This document shows positions 26,373 to 36,021 of a stretch of 64,000 nt of DNA, in pieces. This DNA comes from an uncultured Thermoleophilia bacterium. Its GTDB lineage: Bacteria; Actinomycetota; Thermoleophilia; UBA2241. The DNA lies in assembly GCA_963702475.1 (NCBI GenBank), contig CAVPCT010000006.1, positions 289,405 to 353,404 on the forward strand. The letters are read 5' to 3'. The first letter of the stretch is position 1, and the number at the start of each line of letters is the position of its first letter. A model generated the notes under the pieces. The model had not been told where the DNA came from. It did no database searches and saw nothing but the letters and a program-made list of their open reading frames with translations. The position numbers and the translations under genes were made by a program.

Positions 26373-27279
26373 TCAGAGCCTGCGCAGCTCCGCTATGGCC
26401 TCTGCGATGATCGCCTGCTGCCGCTCGATCTCGTCGAGCAACTCCTCGGGCGTGCGCATGTCCTCCTCGATGATCCGGTGCGGGTTGACCGCCTTGAGGT
26501 CGTAGTTGCTCGTCTCGATGGCGTCGCGAGTCACCGTCCAACGCCGCTCGGAGTCCGGCCGTCCCACTGTCCCGGCCGCGCGACGATCGCCGACGAGTTC
26601 GAAGAACTCCTCCATGCGCACCAGCGTGAACGGCGTCTTCTTGCCGACCTTTAGGTCGCTCCGGTCGTGGTACCAGATGCGCTCGGTGGGCCGGCCCTTG
26701 TTGAATAACAGGAGGTTGGCCTTCACGCAGGCGCCGACCTGGCTGAACACGCCGGGCGGCACGCTGACGATGCACCGCAGGTCGCAGTCGTCGAGGAGCT
26801 TGCGCTTGGTCTGGACGAAGGCGGTCTCGTTGGTGCGGAGCAGGACGCCCTCGTCGATGACGAGGCCGCGGCGGCCGCCGGTGAGCGTGTTGCCGTGCCA
26901 CAGGTGCGGCGCGTCGATGCCGTGCAGTACCACGTTGGCGAGCGCGATGGGGTAGTTGGCGTTGTCCTTCTCGCGGCCGTAGAGGGTGCGATCCTGCAGC
27001 GTGACGAGCTGGTCGGCGCAGGTGATCTTGCCGTTGCCGGCCCCTGCTCGTAGGACTGCGCAAGGAGACCGCCGGTGCCGCTACCGGCTGCGAGTCGGGG
27101 TGCGGCTTGATGCGCAGCGGGTAGTCGGTGCGGCCCTCGGCCTGCTTGAACGGCCGGCCGTCGATGATCTCGATGGCGCCGGCCGTCTCCTCGCGCGGGA
27201 TCAGGTCCTCGGTCCAGCCGCGCGCGTGAATGGCCGGGTCGATGAGCCTGGCGCGAGTATCGGCCTCTGAGAGCCCCAT
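26373..27279 (-). pseudogene. Degraded type I restriction-modification locus: HsdR N-terminal fragment joined to a frameshifted, internally deleted HsdM
   Basis: Reading the minus strand in three frames gives: MGLSEADTRARLIDPAIHARGWTEDLI...GRTDYPL (restriction-subunit N-terminus); GTGGLLAQSYEQ (AdoMet motif I); and DRTLYGREKDNANYPIALANVVLHGIDAPHLWHGNTLTGG followed by the HsdM C-terminal region (ORF 26373-26933). No NPPF/NPPY motif is seen. There is no hsdS and no rest of hsdR. Confidence 0.72.
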
Positions 27280-27374
27280 GGCCGCCGCCCCGTTGGATGC
27301 TTGCGTGGACCCGCAGGGCATCGCGTCTCGCGACGTTCGCCGTAGTCCACCCCGTAGGGTTGACGACTGGAGGA

Positions 27375-27647
27375 CTACGAAGACTCGGTCTGGCCTTCGT
27401 GCCCCGAATCGTCAGAGTCCACGGATTCGAGCGACTCCAGGACTTCTCGGGCCTCGGCGAGGCGGTGCTCCTCCACCAGCACCTGGACGAGGCCCAGCCC
27501 GCCGCCGGACCCGGCGAACAGCCAGCTGCCGTGCTGCTCGCCTCGGGTCATGGCGGGGATGCCGGCGGCCTCGAGCGCGCCCTTGACGGCCTCCGCAGCG
27601 AACGTACCCATGACCATCGTGACGACGACCAGGCGGTCCTCGGTCAC
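27375..27647 (-). CDS. Small DUF2007-like (putative signal-transducing) protein
   Basis: VTEDRLVVVTMVMGTFAAEAVKGALEAAGIPAMTRGEQ... with an acidic tail. The GTG start overlaps the decarboxylase stop (GTGA). Confidence 0.45.
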   Translation of the reverse strand: MTEDRLVVVTMVMGTFAAEAVKGALEAAGIPAMTRGEQHGSWLFAGSGGGLGLVQVLVEEHRLAEAREVLESLESVDSDDSGHEGQTESS

Positions 27648-28987
27648 GGCGTCTCCCGTTCGAGGTCGGCCACGATGAGGTTGACGTCGTCGGGCGTGGT
27701 GAGGGGGTTGATGAAGCAGAGGCGGAGGACCGTCTCGCCGTGGTGCTTGGTGGGGGTGATCATGCCGAGACCGCTGTGCAAGGCCTCGTCGCTCCAGCGG
27801 TCGTAGTCGGCTGCGCACCAGCCCAGCCGCCGGAAGACGACGACCGTGAGCGACGGCTCGAGCACGAGTTCGAGCACGGGGCTGCCTGCGATGCGTTCGG
27901 CCGCGTACGCGGAAATGTCGAGACAGTGCTCGACGGCCTGGACGTAGGCGTCGGTACCGTAGGCCAGGACCGACGCCCACAACGGCAGGCCGCGAGCTCG
28001 TCGCGTCAGGTGCACGGCGAGATCCGCGGGGTTGCCCGCCTCCTCTTCCGTCATGACGTCGAGGTAGTCCGCCCGCTGCGTGAACGCCTTTCGCGCCCTG
28101 CGTTCGTCACGGTACACGACCGTAGCGCAGTCGTACGGCAGGTACAGCCATTTGTGCGGGTTCACGATGAACGAGTCGGCGCGCTCGATGCCGGCGAACA
28201 GGTGGCGCACGCGCGGGGACAGCAGCGCGGCCCCGCCGTAGGCGCCGTCCACGTGCAACCAGAGGCCGAGCGCCGCGCAGACGTCGGCGACGGCGGCGAG
28301 GTCGTCCACGGCGCCGTTGTTGGTGGCGCCGGCTGTGGCCACGACCGCGACCACGTCGTCCGGGTCGTGGCCCTCGAGCGCCGCCCGCAAGACGCGCGCG
28401 TCGAGGCGGCCGTGATCGTCGGCCGGCTCTGCGAGCACGAGGTCGCACCCGAGGACGCGCGCGGCGGCCTCGACCGACGCGTGGGCCGAGTGGCCGGCGA
28501 CGACGACCTGGCTGCGCAGGGAGGCGCGCCTGCCGCCCCTCGCCGCCACCAGCGCACTGAGGTTCGCGATCGTGCCGCAGCTGACGAACGTGCCGCCGGC
28601 GCCGGCGGGAAAGCCGGCCGCGCCGGCCAGCCAGCGCACCGTGGCCTCCTCAGCGTCCACGGCGGCGACCCCCTCCAGCCTGCTGCCCCCGAACACCATC
28701 GCCGCTGACAGCGCCATGTCGGCCAGGGCCGCGGCCACCGACGGCGCTCCGGGGATGAACGCCAGGAAGCGCGGGTGATCGGGCGACACGGTCGTGGCGA
28801 TCACGGTGTGCAGCAGCGCGTCGAGGGCGGCCTTCGTGCCGATGCCCTCGGGTGAGAAGGCCGGGAGCTCGACCGGCCCCCCGGCGGGCGGGAGGGTGGC
28901 GCGCCTGTCGGCGAGACGTGCCAGGGCCCAGTCCAGGAGGTCGTGGGCGGCGGCGACGTCGTCGGGGGTGGGCTGGTGCATGCTCAC
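27644..28987 (-). CDS. Group II pyridoxal-phosphate-dependent decarboxylase
   Basis: HVDGAYGGAALL...ADSFIVNPHKWLYLPYDCATVVYRD (PLP lysine in NPHKW), and SCGTIANLSALVAAR. Confidence 0.85.
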   Translation of the reverse strand: MSMHQPTPDDVAAAHDLLDWALARLADRRATLPPAGGPVELPAFSPEGIGTKAALDALLHTVIATTVSPDHPRFLAFIPGAPSVAAALADMALSAAMVFGGSRLEGVAAVDAEEATVRWLAGAAGFPAGAGGTFVSCGTIANLSALVAARGGRRASLRSQVVVAGHSAHASVEAAARVLGCDLVLAEPADDHGRLDARVLRAALEGHDPDDVVAVVATAGATNNGAVDDLAAVADVCAALGLWLHVDGAYGGAALLSPRVRHLFAGIERADSFIVNPHKWLYLPYDCATVVYRDERRARKAFTQRADYLDVMTEEEAGNPADLAVHLTRRARGLPLWASVLAYGTDAYVQAVEHCLDISAYAAERIAGSPVLELVLEPSLTVVVFRRLGWCAADYDRWSDEALHSGLGMITPTKHHGETVLRLCFINPLTTPDDVNLIVADLERETP

Positions 28988-29101
28988 GCCTACATCCTAT
29001 CGCGGAGCGGCGTCGCGCCGAGCACGGTCTCACAAAGGCGGGCCGGCGTGCGCCGCCCGAGAACCCGCCTGAGAACCCCGCCGCCCGGGCATGACAGAGG
29101 C

Positions 29102-29851
29102 ATGGCGCACGAGGACCAGAAACGGGCCGCAGCCGAGGCGGCGCTCGAGTCCGTGCCGCCGGCCGCGGTGATCGGCGTCGGCACGGGCAGCACCGTCGCG
29201 TTCTTCATCGAGGCACTCGCAGGCCTGCCTTTCGGCAGAAGACCGGCGGCGGCGGTCGCGAGCTCAGAGGCCACGGCGACGGCGCTCGAGGCGGCCGGCA
29301 TCCGCGTCGTCGATCTGGACCACGTCGCGGAGCGCGCGGGGCGAGAGCGCGCCGCCGCGCCGCCGCGCACCGAGGGCGGACCGGCGCTCCTGCCGGTCTA
29401 CGTGGACGGCGCCGACGAGGTGGACCCCGAGCTCCGCCTCATCAAGGGCGGCGGCGGCGCGCACGCGCGCGAGAAGGTGCTCGCCGCGGCCTCAGGCCTC
29501 TTCGTGTGCATGGTCGATGAGAGCAAGCTCGTCGAACGGCTCGGGGCGTTCCCGCTGCCCGTAGAGGTGATCCCCATGGCGGCCGCGTTCGTCGGCGCGC
29601 GCCTCACGGAGACGGGCGCGCGCGTCGTGCCGCGGCCGGGTTACCTGACCGACAACGGCAACATGGTACTGGACGTGACCGGGCTCGACCTGGCAGACCC
29701 GGAGGGTCTCGAGGTCGAGCTCGACGGCATCCCCGGCGTGGTGGAGTGCGGGATCTTCGCGCGCCGCGGGGCCGACATCGTGCTCGTCGGGGGCGACCCC
29801 GTGCGGCGCATCAGCGCCGCGGGTCTGCACGGCGGGCCGCTCAGCTGGTAG
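29102..29851 (+). CDS. rpiA: Ribose-5-phosphate isomerase A
   Basis: VIGVGTGSTV, YVDGADEVD, LIKGGGGAHAREK, and GVVECGIF near the C-terminus. ATG at aa 54 of ORF 28943-29851. Confidence 0.9.
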   Translation: MAHEDQKRAAAEAALESVPPAAVIGVGTGSTVAFFIEALAGLPFGRRPAAAVASSEATATALEAAGIRVVDLDHVAERAGRERAAAPPRTEGGPALLPVYVDGADEVDPELRLIKGGGGAHAREKVLAAASGLFVCMVDESKLVERLGAFPLPVEVIPMAAAFVGARLTETGARVVPRPGYLTDNGNMVLDVTGLDLADPEGLEVELDGIPGVVECGIFARRGADIVLVGGDPVRRISAAGLHGGPLSW

Positions 29852-30010
29852 CGCGGCCCGCCGGCTCCGCGGAGTCCTGGCGGCCGGTGCGGGCCGGCGC
29901 CTGCTCGGCTGCCGGGTGGGTCCTTGATCCCGGCGAGGTGGCCCCACAGCGCGAACCCCGCATGCCAGGGCAGTACGCGCGGTCGTTGGCCCCATGGGGG
30001 AGCGGGACTC

Positions 30011-31312
30011 TCAACGCTGCGCGAACACCATGATGCTGCCGGTGTAGCAGCAGACCCAGACGCTCTTCGTCGGCGTGTCGTAGGTGATGCCGATGGGCAG
30101 CGCGTTCGTGCCCACGCTCTCGATCACCTTCATGTCCCTGGTGCGCACCTGGCTCATCGTGCTGGAGTCGTAGTTCACGACGAAGAGGGACGTGCCGTCA
30201 GTGGCCATCGCCATGCTGCGCGGCTGCTGGCCCGTGTTGACCTTCTTGACCACGCGCCCGGTCTTCGTGCTGATCTTGGCGACGCTGCCCTCGCCGTTCA
30301 GCGTAACGTACAGGTACTTGCCGTCGGGGCTCATGATGAGGTGACGCGGGCCCGAGCCCACGCCGCGGATCCAGCCCACAGAGAAGTCGGTGAGATCAAC
30401 CTTGGCGATGTCGTGGCTGCCCATGACCGACACGTAGGCGGTCCGCGAATCGGGCGAGACGGCGATGCCGCGCGGGTACGGCCCGAGGTAGACGTTCTCG
30501 ACCCGCTCGCTGGTGTGCACGTCGACCACGCTCAGCGTGTACGAGATCCAGTTGCTCACCAGCAGGTACTTCTGGTCGGGCGTGACGGCGACGTACTTGG
30601 GTACCGAGCCGACCTTGATGACCTTGTCGATCTCGAGGTCGTCCAGAGCGACACGGTAGACGGTGCTCTTGTCGTAGCCGGAGCTGGGACCGCCGGCGTC
30701 GTGACCCTCGCGGGAGTAGCCGGGCCCGTACATGGAGTAGTTGGACACGAACATGAAGCGGTGGTCGGGGGTCTCGGCGGCCTCCACCGGGGAGCCCTGC
30801 ACGGTGCCGTCCGTCTTCGAGCCGAGCAGGGAGAGTGGGACCCGGTCGGGGATCGTCTTGACCAGCTCGAGCGTCGTCGTGTCGTACACGGTGATCGAGT
30901 GCTTGTACATCATGTTCTGGGCGAACACGAGGCCGGTGCCGGTGGAGACGACCGACTTGGGCGAGATCTCCGAGCTGGTGATGGTCTTGCGGAGCTTCAG
31001 TTCGAGCTTGTCGGAGGACGGGCCGGTCCAAGCCGCGGCGGCTTGGGCGCTCGAGGTAGGGGAGGGCTTGGGAGAAGCGGAGGAACCGGAGGACGCCGAC
31101 GAGCCGGAAGCGGCCGAGGCGGCGCCGCCCGCCGAAGCGGGCTCGTCGCCTCCGCTGGTGGTGGCGACGACCACGCCGACGACGGCGGCCACGACGAGCA
31201 GCAGGACGAGCAGGGCGACCAGTCGGCGGCGCCGGTACTTGGCTGCGCGGTACCGGCGCGTCTTTCGGAAGTCACGTCTGGTCATGCTGCGGTCGGGCCT
31301 TCTGGTCGTCAT
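30011..31312 (-). CDS. Membrane-anchored YVTN-type beta-propeller repeat protein
   Basis: Basic N-terminus plus a TM helix (RRRRLVALLVLLLVVAAVVGVVVA), a Ser/Ala-rich linker, then repeated propeller blades (PRGIAVSPDSRTAYVS, PRHLIMSPDGKYLYVT, PRSMAMATDGTSLFVV). Start at ATG aa 124 of ORF 30011-31681. Confidence 0.72.
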   Translation of the reverse strand: MTTRRPDRSMTRRDFRKTRRYRAAKYRRRRLVALLVLLLVVAAVVGVVVATTSGGDEPASAGGAASAASGSSASSGSSASPKPSPTSSAQAAAAWTGPSSDKLELKLRKTITSSEISPKSVVSTGTGLVFAQNMMYKHSITVYDTTTLELVKTIPDRVPLSLLGSKTDGTVQGSPVEAAETPDHRFMFVSNYSMYGPGYSREGHDAGGPSSGYDKSTVYRVALDDLEIDKVIKVGSVPKYVAVTPDQKYLLVSNWISYTLSVVDVHTSERVENVYLGPYPRGIAVSPDSRTAYVSVMGSHDIAKVDLTDFSVGWIRGVGSGPRHLIMSPDGKYLYVTLNGEGSVAKISTKTGRVVKKVNTGQQPRSMAMATDGTSLFVVNYDSSTMSQVRTRDMKVIESVGTNALPIGITYDTPTKSVWVCCYTGSIMVFAQR

Positions 31313-31433
31313 GGCGTCGGAGTGTAGCACCGGGCGTACGCGGCTGCCCGGAGCGTCGGAGACTGGAGAGGAGACGCGGCGGGCGGCGCCGTGGCTCGCC
31401 CTGGGGTGAGCCCCGGCAGGGCCCGCCGGGCCG

Positions 31434-32645
31434 TCAGCCGAGGGCGGCCTGCAGGCGGCGCAGCGCCTCCTGCAGCGTACTGCGCGGGCAGCCGAAGTTG
31501 AGGCGCAGGAAGCCCGGGGCGCCGAAGTCGGCCCCGGGTGAGAGCGCCAGACCGGCGTCGAGGCAGGCGCGGGCGGAAGCTCTGCCGTCAAGCCCGCGCC
31601 GCCCCAGACCGCGTACGTCGAGCCAGGCCAGGTACGTGGCCTCGACGTGCGACACGCGCACGTCCGGCAGCTGCTCTCCAACCGTGCGCTCGATGAGGTC
31701 GCGGTTGCCGCGCAGGTAGTCGAGCAGCTGCGCGAGCCACTCGCCGCCGTGCCGGTAGGCGGCCTCGGCGGCGTCGATGGCGAAGCAGCCCGGGAACGGC
31801 AGCAGGCCCTCGTCCGGGCGGGGGAAGCGTTCGCGCAACTCGGGATCGGAGATCACGGCGAAGGCGAAGTTCAGGCCGGGCAGGTTGAACGCCTTGCTCG
31901 GCGACATCAGGGTGACGATCTGCGCGTGCGCGTGCGCCGACGGCGCGGCCGGAAGCACCCCCGGTTCGCCCGACCGGGTGCCGGTGTCTCCCGCGACCAC
32001 AGCGGCGGGCACGTGCTCCAGCGGGTCGAGGATGAGGTCGCAGTGGATCTCGTCCGAGACGAGCACGAGGTCGTGGCGGCGGCAGAAGTCGACGACCGCC
32101 GTCACTTCATCCCGCCGCCACACGCGGCCCAACGGGTTGTGAGGGTGGCAGAACAGCAGCACGCGGGTGTCGCCGGTGACGGTCGCCTCCATCGCCTCCA
32201 GCGGCAGCCGCCAGCCTTCGCCGGTCTCCTCCGCGGGCACCGTGACGAGGCGCCGCCCCGTGTTCTCGGGAGCGTGCAGAAATGGCGGGTAGACGGGCGT
32301 GACGGTCATCACCGCTTCGCCCGGCCCCGCGTAGGCGGCGCAGGCGGCGTTGAGGCCGGGCACAACGCTGGGCAGCCACCTGAACCACTCGGGTTCTGTG
32401 CGCCAGTCGTAGCGGGCATCCAAGTGGCCCGCGATGGCTTCGGTGAGCGACGGCGGCACCAGGGAGTAGCCGAAGACGCCGTGGTCGACGCGGGCGCGCA
32501 GCGCGGCCACGACCGCGGGTGGAGAGGCGAAGTCCATGTCGGCCACCCACAGCGGAAGCACGCCGGGTGGGTACCTCTCCCACTTGAAACTGGCCGTGCC
32601 GCTGCGGTCGACCGGGGTGTCGAAGTCGTAGTCCACGGCGCCCAA
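31434..32645 (-). CDS. PatB/MalY-type PLP-dependent C-S lyase (aminotransferase class I/II fold)
   Basis: DFDTPVDRSGTASFKWERY...LWVADMDFASPP N-terminus and SPSKAFNLPGL (PLP lysine). Confidence 0.85.
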   Translation of the reverse strand: MGAVDYDFDTPVDRSGTASFKWERYPPGVLPLWVADMDFASPPAVVAALRARVDHGVFGYSLVPPSLTEAIAGHLDARYDWRTEPEWFRWLPSVVPGLNAACAAYAGPGEAVMTVTPVYPPFLHAPENTGRRLVTVPAEETGEGWRLPLEAMEATVTGDTRVLLFCHPHNPLGRVWRRDEVTAVVDFCRRHDLVLVSDEIHCDLILDPLEHVPAAVVAGDTGTRSGEPGVLPAAPSAHAHAQIVTLMSPSKAFNLPGLNFAFAVISDPELRERFPRPDEGLLPFPGCFAIDAAEAAYRHGGEWLAQLLDYLRGNRDLIERTVGEQLPDVRVSHVEATYLAWLDVRGLGRRGLDGRASARACLDAGLALSPGADFGAPGFLRLNFGCPRSTLQEALRRLQAALG

Positions 32646-32832
32646 CGTATCAGAACGACGGGGGCCGCCGCCGACGGCTGGGGCCGCGGCCGGGGGCCGA
32701 CCCGCCTGACGACGATCAAGGCGGCCCGGGAGTTTGTCCTGTATTCTTGGGGAAAGACCTCATCGGGCCGCGGCGCGCCGCCGGCCGCGGCGCCGGTCCC
32801 TGACGGCCGGCGTCATCTCCGCAAAGGACGCT

Positions 32833-34323
32833 ATGAAGATCCGCCTCATCGAGCCCGCAGCCCCCAGCATGCACCTCTGGTCCATGTCCTACTTCGTGCG
32901 GCTCGGCCTGCCCATCATCGGAGCGACGCTCAAGCAGGCCGGGCACGACGTCCGGATCTACAACCCTCAGCTCGCGCCCATCGACTGGGACGACGTGTTC
33001 ACGTCGGAGCTGGTCGGCCTCTCCTCTACCACCTCCACGGCTCCGGCCGCCTACGACATCGGCGACGAGCTTCGCCGCCGCCGCATCCCCGTCATCGTCG
33101 GCGGGTCGCACGTCACCTTCATGGCTGAGGAGGCCCTCGATCACGCCGACTTCGTCGCGCGCGGCGAGGGCGGCGAGCAGACCATGTTGGAGCTGGTGGA
33201 CGCCATGGAAGGGCGCAAGCAGATCGCCGACGTGACCGGCATCTCGTACCGCCGCAACGGCGAGACGGTGCACAACCGGCTGCACGAGCGCTGCACCGAC
33301 CTGGATACCCTGCCGTTCCCCGACCTCGACCTCGTGGTGGGCAAAGAGCGCCTCGTCAACACGCCCATCATGACCAGCTGGGGCTGCCCGTTCGACTGCA
33401 CGTTCTGCTCGGTGACGGCCATGTTCGGCAAGAAGTACCGCTTTCGCAGCGCCGAGAGCGTGATCGCCGAGATCAAGCAGAAGGATCCCGAGAAGATCTT
33501 CTTCTACGACGACAACATGGCGGCCAACCGCAAACGCCTCAAGCGCCTGCTGCGCATGATGATCGACGAGGGCATCAAGGTGCGGTGGGGCGCGCAGGTG
33601 CGCACCGACGTCGTGCGTGACCGCGAGCTGCTGGAGCTCATGCAGGCTTCGGGTGCCGACTTCGTCGCCCTCGGCCTCGAATCCGTGAGTCAGGCGACCC
33701 TCGACCACTTCGAGAAGTCGCAGACGGTGGAAGACATCGAGCACGCCGTCAAGGTGCTTCACGAGTACGGCATCCGCACCCACGGCATGTTCGTGCTGGG
33801 CGCGGAGCACGACGAGGGGGACTTCGTGCGCGACACCGTCGACTTCGCGCTCAAGAACCGGATCGACACGGTGATGATGAACATCCTCACGCCGCTCCCC
33901 GGTACCCAGCAGTTCGAGGAGCTGGAGGCGGCAGGGCGCCTCATCACCAAGGACTGGCGCCTGTACGACGCGCAGCACGTGGTGTTCTGGCCGCGCCACA
34001 TGAGCCCGGCGAAGCTCCAGCGCGACGTGCTGCGCGAGCAGCGGCGCTTCTACAAGACCTCGCGTCCTGTGTACTGGTTCCTCGGCTGGCTGCGCGGCCG
34101 CGACCAGGCAAGCTGGGACCGCATGCTCGAGTCCGGCTGGCTGTGGTGGTACGCCCGCATGTGGTGGAAGGATGCCGGCAATCGTGAGCACCTGCGCATG
34201 CTCGAGGAACTGCCTCCCTACGTTCCGCCGGCACCCGCTCCCGCGGCGCGGGACGCCGCTCCCCGCGAGCCGCGGCACCGGCACGAAGAGCCGGCGGTGT
34301 GTGAGGGCGCGTCGCGGGCGTAG
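32833..34323 (+). CDS. B12-binding-domain radical SAM protein
   Basis: N-terminal B12-binding-like domain (MKIRLIEP...[12 protein letters not shown]) and [13 protein letters not shown] (CxxxCxxC). ATG at aa 34 of ORF 32734-34323. Confidence 0.88.
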   Translation: MKIRLIEPAAPSMHLWSMSYFVRLGLPIIGATLKQAGHDVRIYNPQLAPIDWDDVFTSELVGLSSTTSTAPAAYDIGDELRRRRIPVIVGGSHVTFMAEEALDHADFVARGEGGEQTMLELVDAMEGRKQIADVTGISYRRNGETVHNRLHERCTDLDTLPFPDLDLVVGKERLVNTPIMTSWGCPFDCTFCSVTAMFGKKYRFRSAESVIAEIKQKDPEKIFFYDDNMAANRKRLKRLLRMMIDEGIKVRWGAQVRTDVVRDRELLELMQASGADFVALGLESVSQATLDHFEKSQTVEDIEHAVKVLHEYGIRTHGMFVLGAEHDEGDFVRDTVDFALKNRIDTVMMNILTPLPGTQQFEELEAAGRLITKDWRLYDAQHVVFWPRHMSPAKLQRDVLREQRRFYKTSRPVYWFLGWLRGRDQASWDRMLESGWLWWYARMWWKDAGNREHLRMLEELPPYVPPAPAPAARDAAPREPRHRHEEPAVCEGASRA

Positions 34324-34412
34324 CCGCGGCGACGCGCGGGAACCATGCGCGCAGAGGGCGCGCCGCCTGCAGCACCGGAGCGGCGCGCACACCGCGACAC
34401 CGAGGAGACACC

Positions 34413-34883
34413 ATGGCCATCGCGACCTTCGCCGCAGGCTGCTTCTGGGGCGTCCAGGCCCGCTTCGACGACCTGCCCGGTGTGACCTCCACCGAGGTCG
34501 GCTACACCGGCGGTACCACCGAGCACCCGACCTACCGGCAGGTGTGCTCTCACGCCACCGGCCACGCCGAGGCGGTCCGTGTGGAGTTCGACCCCGACGT
34601 CATCACCTACCAGGAGCTCCTGGCTCATTTCTTCAGCATGCACGACCCGACGCAGTGGATGAGGCAGGGGCCCGACGTGGGCGACCAGTACCGCTCCGCG
34701 GTGTTCTTCCACGACCGCGAGCAGGAGAAGGCCGCTCTCGCCGCCATCGAGCAGCTCACCGGGAGTCAGGTGTTCAAACGCACGGTGGTGACACAGGTGG
34801 CGCCGGCGGCCGCGTGGTGGCCGGCGGAGGACTACCACCAGAAGTACTTCCAGAAGCACGGCCGGCACGGCTGCGCCGTCTGA
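34413..34883 (+). CDS. msrA: Peptide methionine (S)-S-oxide reductase
   Basis: [13 protein letters not shown] active-site motif, 156 aa. Confidence 0.95.
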   Translation: MAIATFAAGCFWGVQARFDDLPGVTSTEVGYTGGTTEHPTYRQVCSHATGHAEAVRVEFDPDVITYQELLAHFFSMHDPTQWMRQGPDVGDQYRSAVFFHDREQEKAALAAIEQLTGSQVFKRTVVTQVAPAAAWWPAEDYHQKYFQKHGRHGCAV

Positions 34884-35010
34884 GTGAGGGCCGCGCGCTC
34901 GAGGTCGTCGTGCGCGTCTGCGCCGTCTGAGGGCCGCACCGCGCGCGCTTCGTCTGCACTACGGCCGCCGCGGCCCGTCGCCGTGCGGCCTGCTGGCCGC
35001 CGGCAGTAGG

Positions 35011-36021
35011 TCAGTCGGCGGGCAGGGCCGGCCCCGGCTCCGGCGGCTGGTCGAGGCCGTACTTCTGCAGAAGGCCCACTGTCTTGGCCGAGATCCTGGC
35101 CTGATACTTCACGCGGCCCGGCTCGACCAGATGCCACAGGTCGAAGAAGTCGGCGTCCACCAGGCCGGATCCCTTGACGGGTGTGACCCAGGGGACGTCG
35201 TAGATCCTCGAGATCATCGCGCACCCCGCCTTGACCCTTGCGACCTGGGAGTCCAGGGAGCGGCCGATCACGTCCAGATCCCTCGGCAGGTCGAGCAGGA
35301 CGGGATACAGACCGTGCAGCAGGCAGGTCTCTACCACGCGCGCCAGTAGGTCGAGGTTGTACTCGAACCTCTCCTGGAACTGCGGGTCGCGCACCTTGAG
35401 CCAGTAGCGCAGGTAGTGCGCCTTGGTCTCGCGCGGCTGCACGCTCTTCGTCACCGAGTAGATGTGCTGGACGTAGGCGGGTGGGGGGTCCATGGGCTCG
35501 GGCAGGGTGATCGGGGGGGCCGGCTTCTTCGGGTTGGCGAAGCGGCCCAGATTGACGCCGATGAACACGATCATCGGCGCGTTCTCGGGGAGCAGCTTCG
35601 CGAACTGGAGGTCCTCGGCGAAGGTGTCGTGACGGCAGCCGAGGTTGTGCACCGTCACCGGCGGGCCGCCGAGCCGTGCGATGTCGGCCGCCCACGACGT
35701 ATCATCCACCGTAGCCTCGCGAGCCGACGAGCCCCCGAGGAGGAGCAGCACGGGCGACCGCGGCTCCTCGGCGCGCAGGTTGGCGACGATCTGCAGCCGG
35801 TGCAGCGCGTCCTTGCCCGGCAGGTCGGCGCGTCGCGCGACGTCGTCGCTCTCGGCGAACGCGCGCGGCGCGGCGGACGGCGTCTGCGCCGCGCGCGCAG
35901 CTGCCGGTGTTCCCGCGGGCGCGGCCGTGAACGTCAGGAACGCGACCGCAAACGCCAGGATGACGGCGCCGGCCGACCTCTCGGCCCGACCCCCGCGGCG
36001 CGCTGGGGTCCGCACGGTCAT
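35011..36021 (-). CDS. Secreted SGNH-like hydrolase-fold protein (paralog A), function uncertain
   Basis: Signal peptide, then LLLLGGSSARE (GDS-like block with Gly in place of Asp), FIGVNLGR, and DLWHLVEPGR (DxxH-like) near the C-terminus. The start overlaps the paralog B stop (ATGA). Confidence 0.5.
   Translation of the reverse strand: MTVRTPARRGGRAERSAGAVILAFAVAFLTFTAAPAGTPAAARAAQTPSAAPRAFAESDDVARRADLPGKDALHRLQIVANLRAEEPRSPVLLLLGGSSAREATVDDTSWAADIARLGGPPVTVHNLGCRHDTFAEDLQFAKLLPENAPMIVFIGVNLGRFANPKKPAPPITLPEPMDPPPAYVQHIYSVTKSVQPRETKAHYLRYWLKVRDPQFQERFEYNLDLLARVVETCLLHGLYPVLLDLPRDLDVIGRSLDSQVARVKAGCAMISRIYDVPWVTPVKGSGLVDADFFDLWHLVEPGRVKYQARISAKTVGLLQKYGLDQPPEPGPALPAD

Noticed and set aside
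32646-32832. Cobalamin riboswitch upstream of the B12-binding radical SAM gene
   Set aside because: I looked for a B12-box-like core and the characteristic multi-stem layout and saw neither. A covariance-model scan would be needed to be sure.
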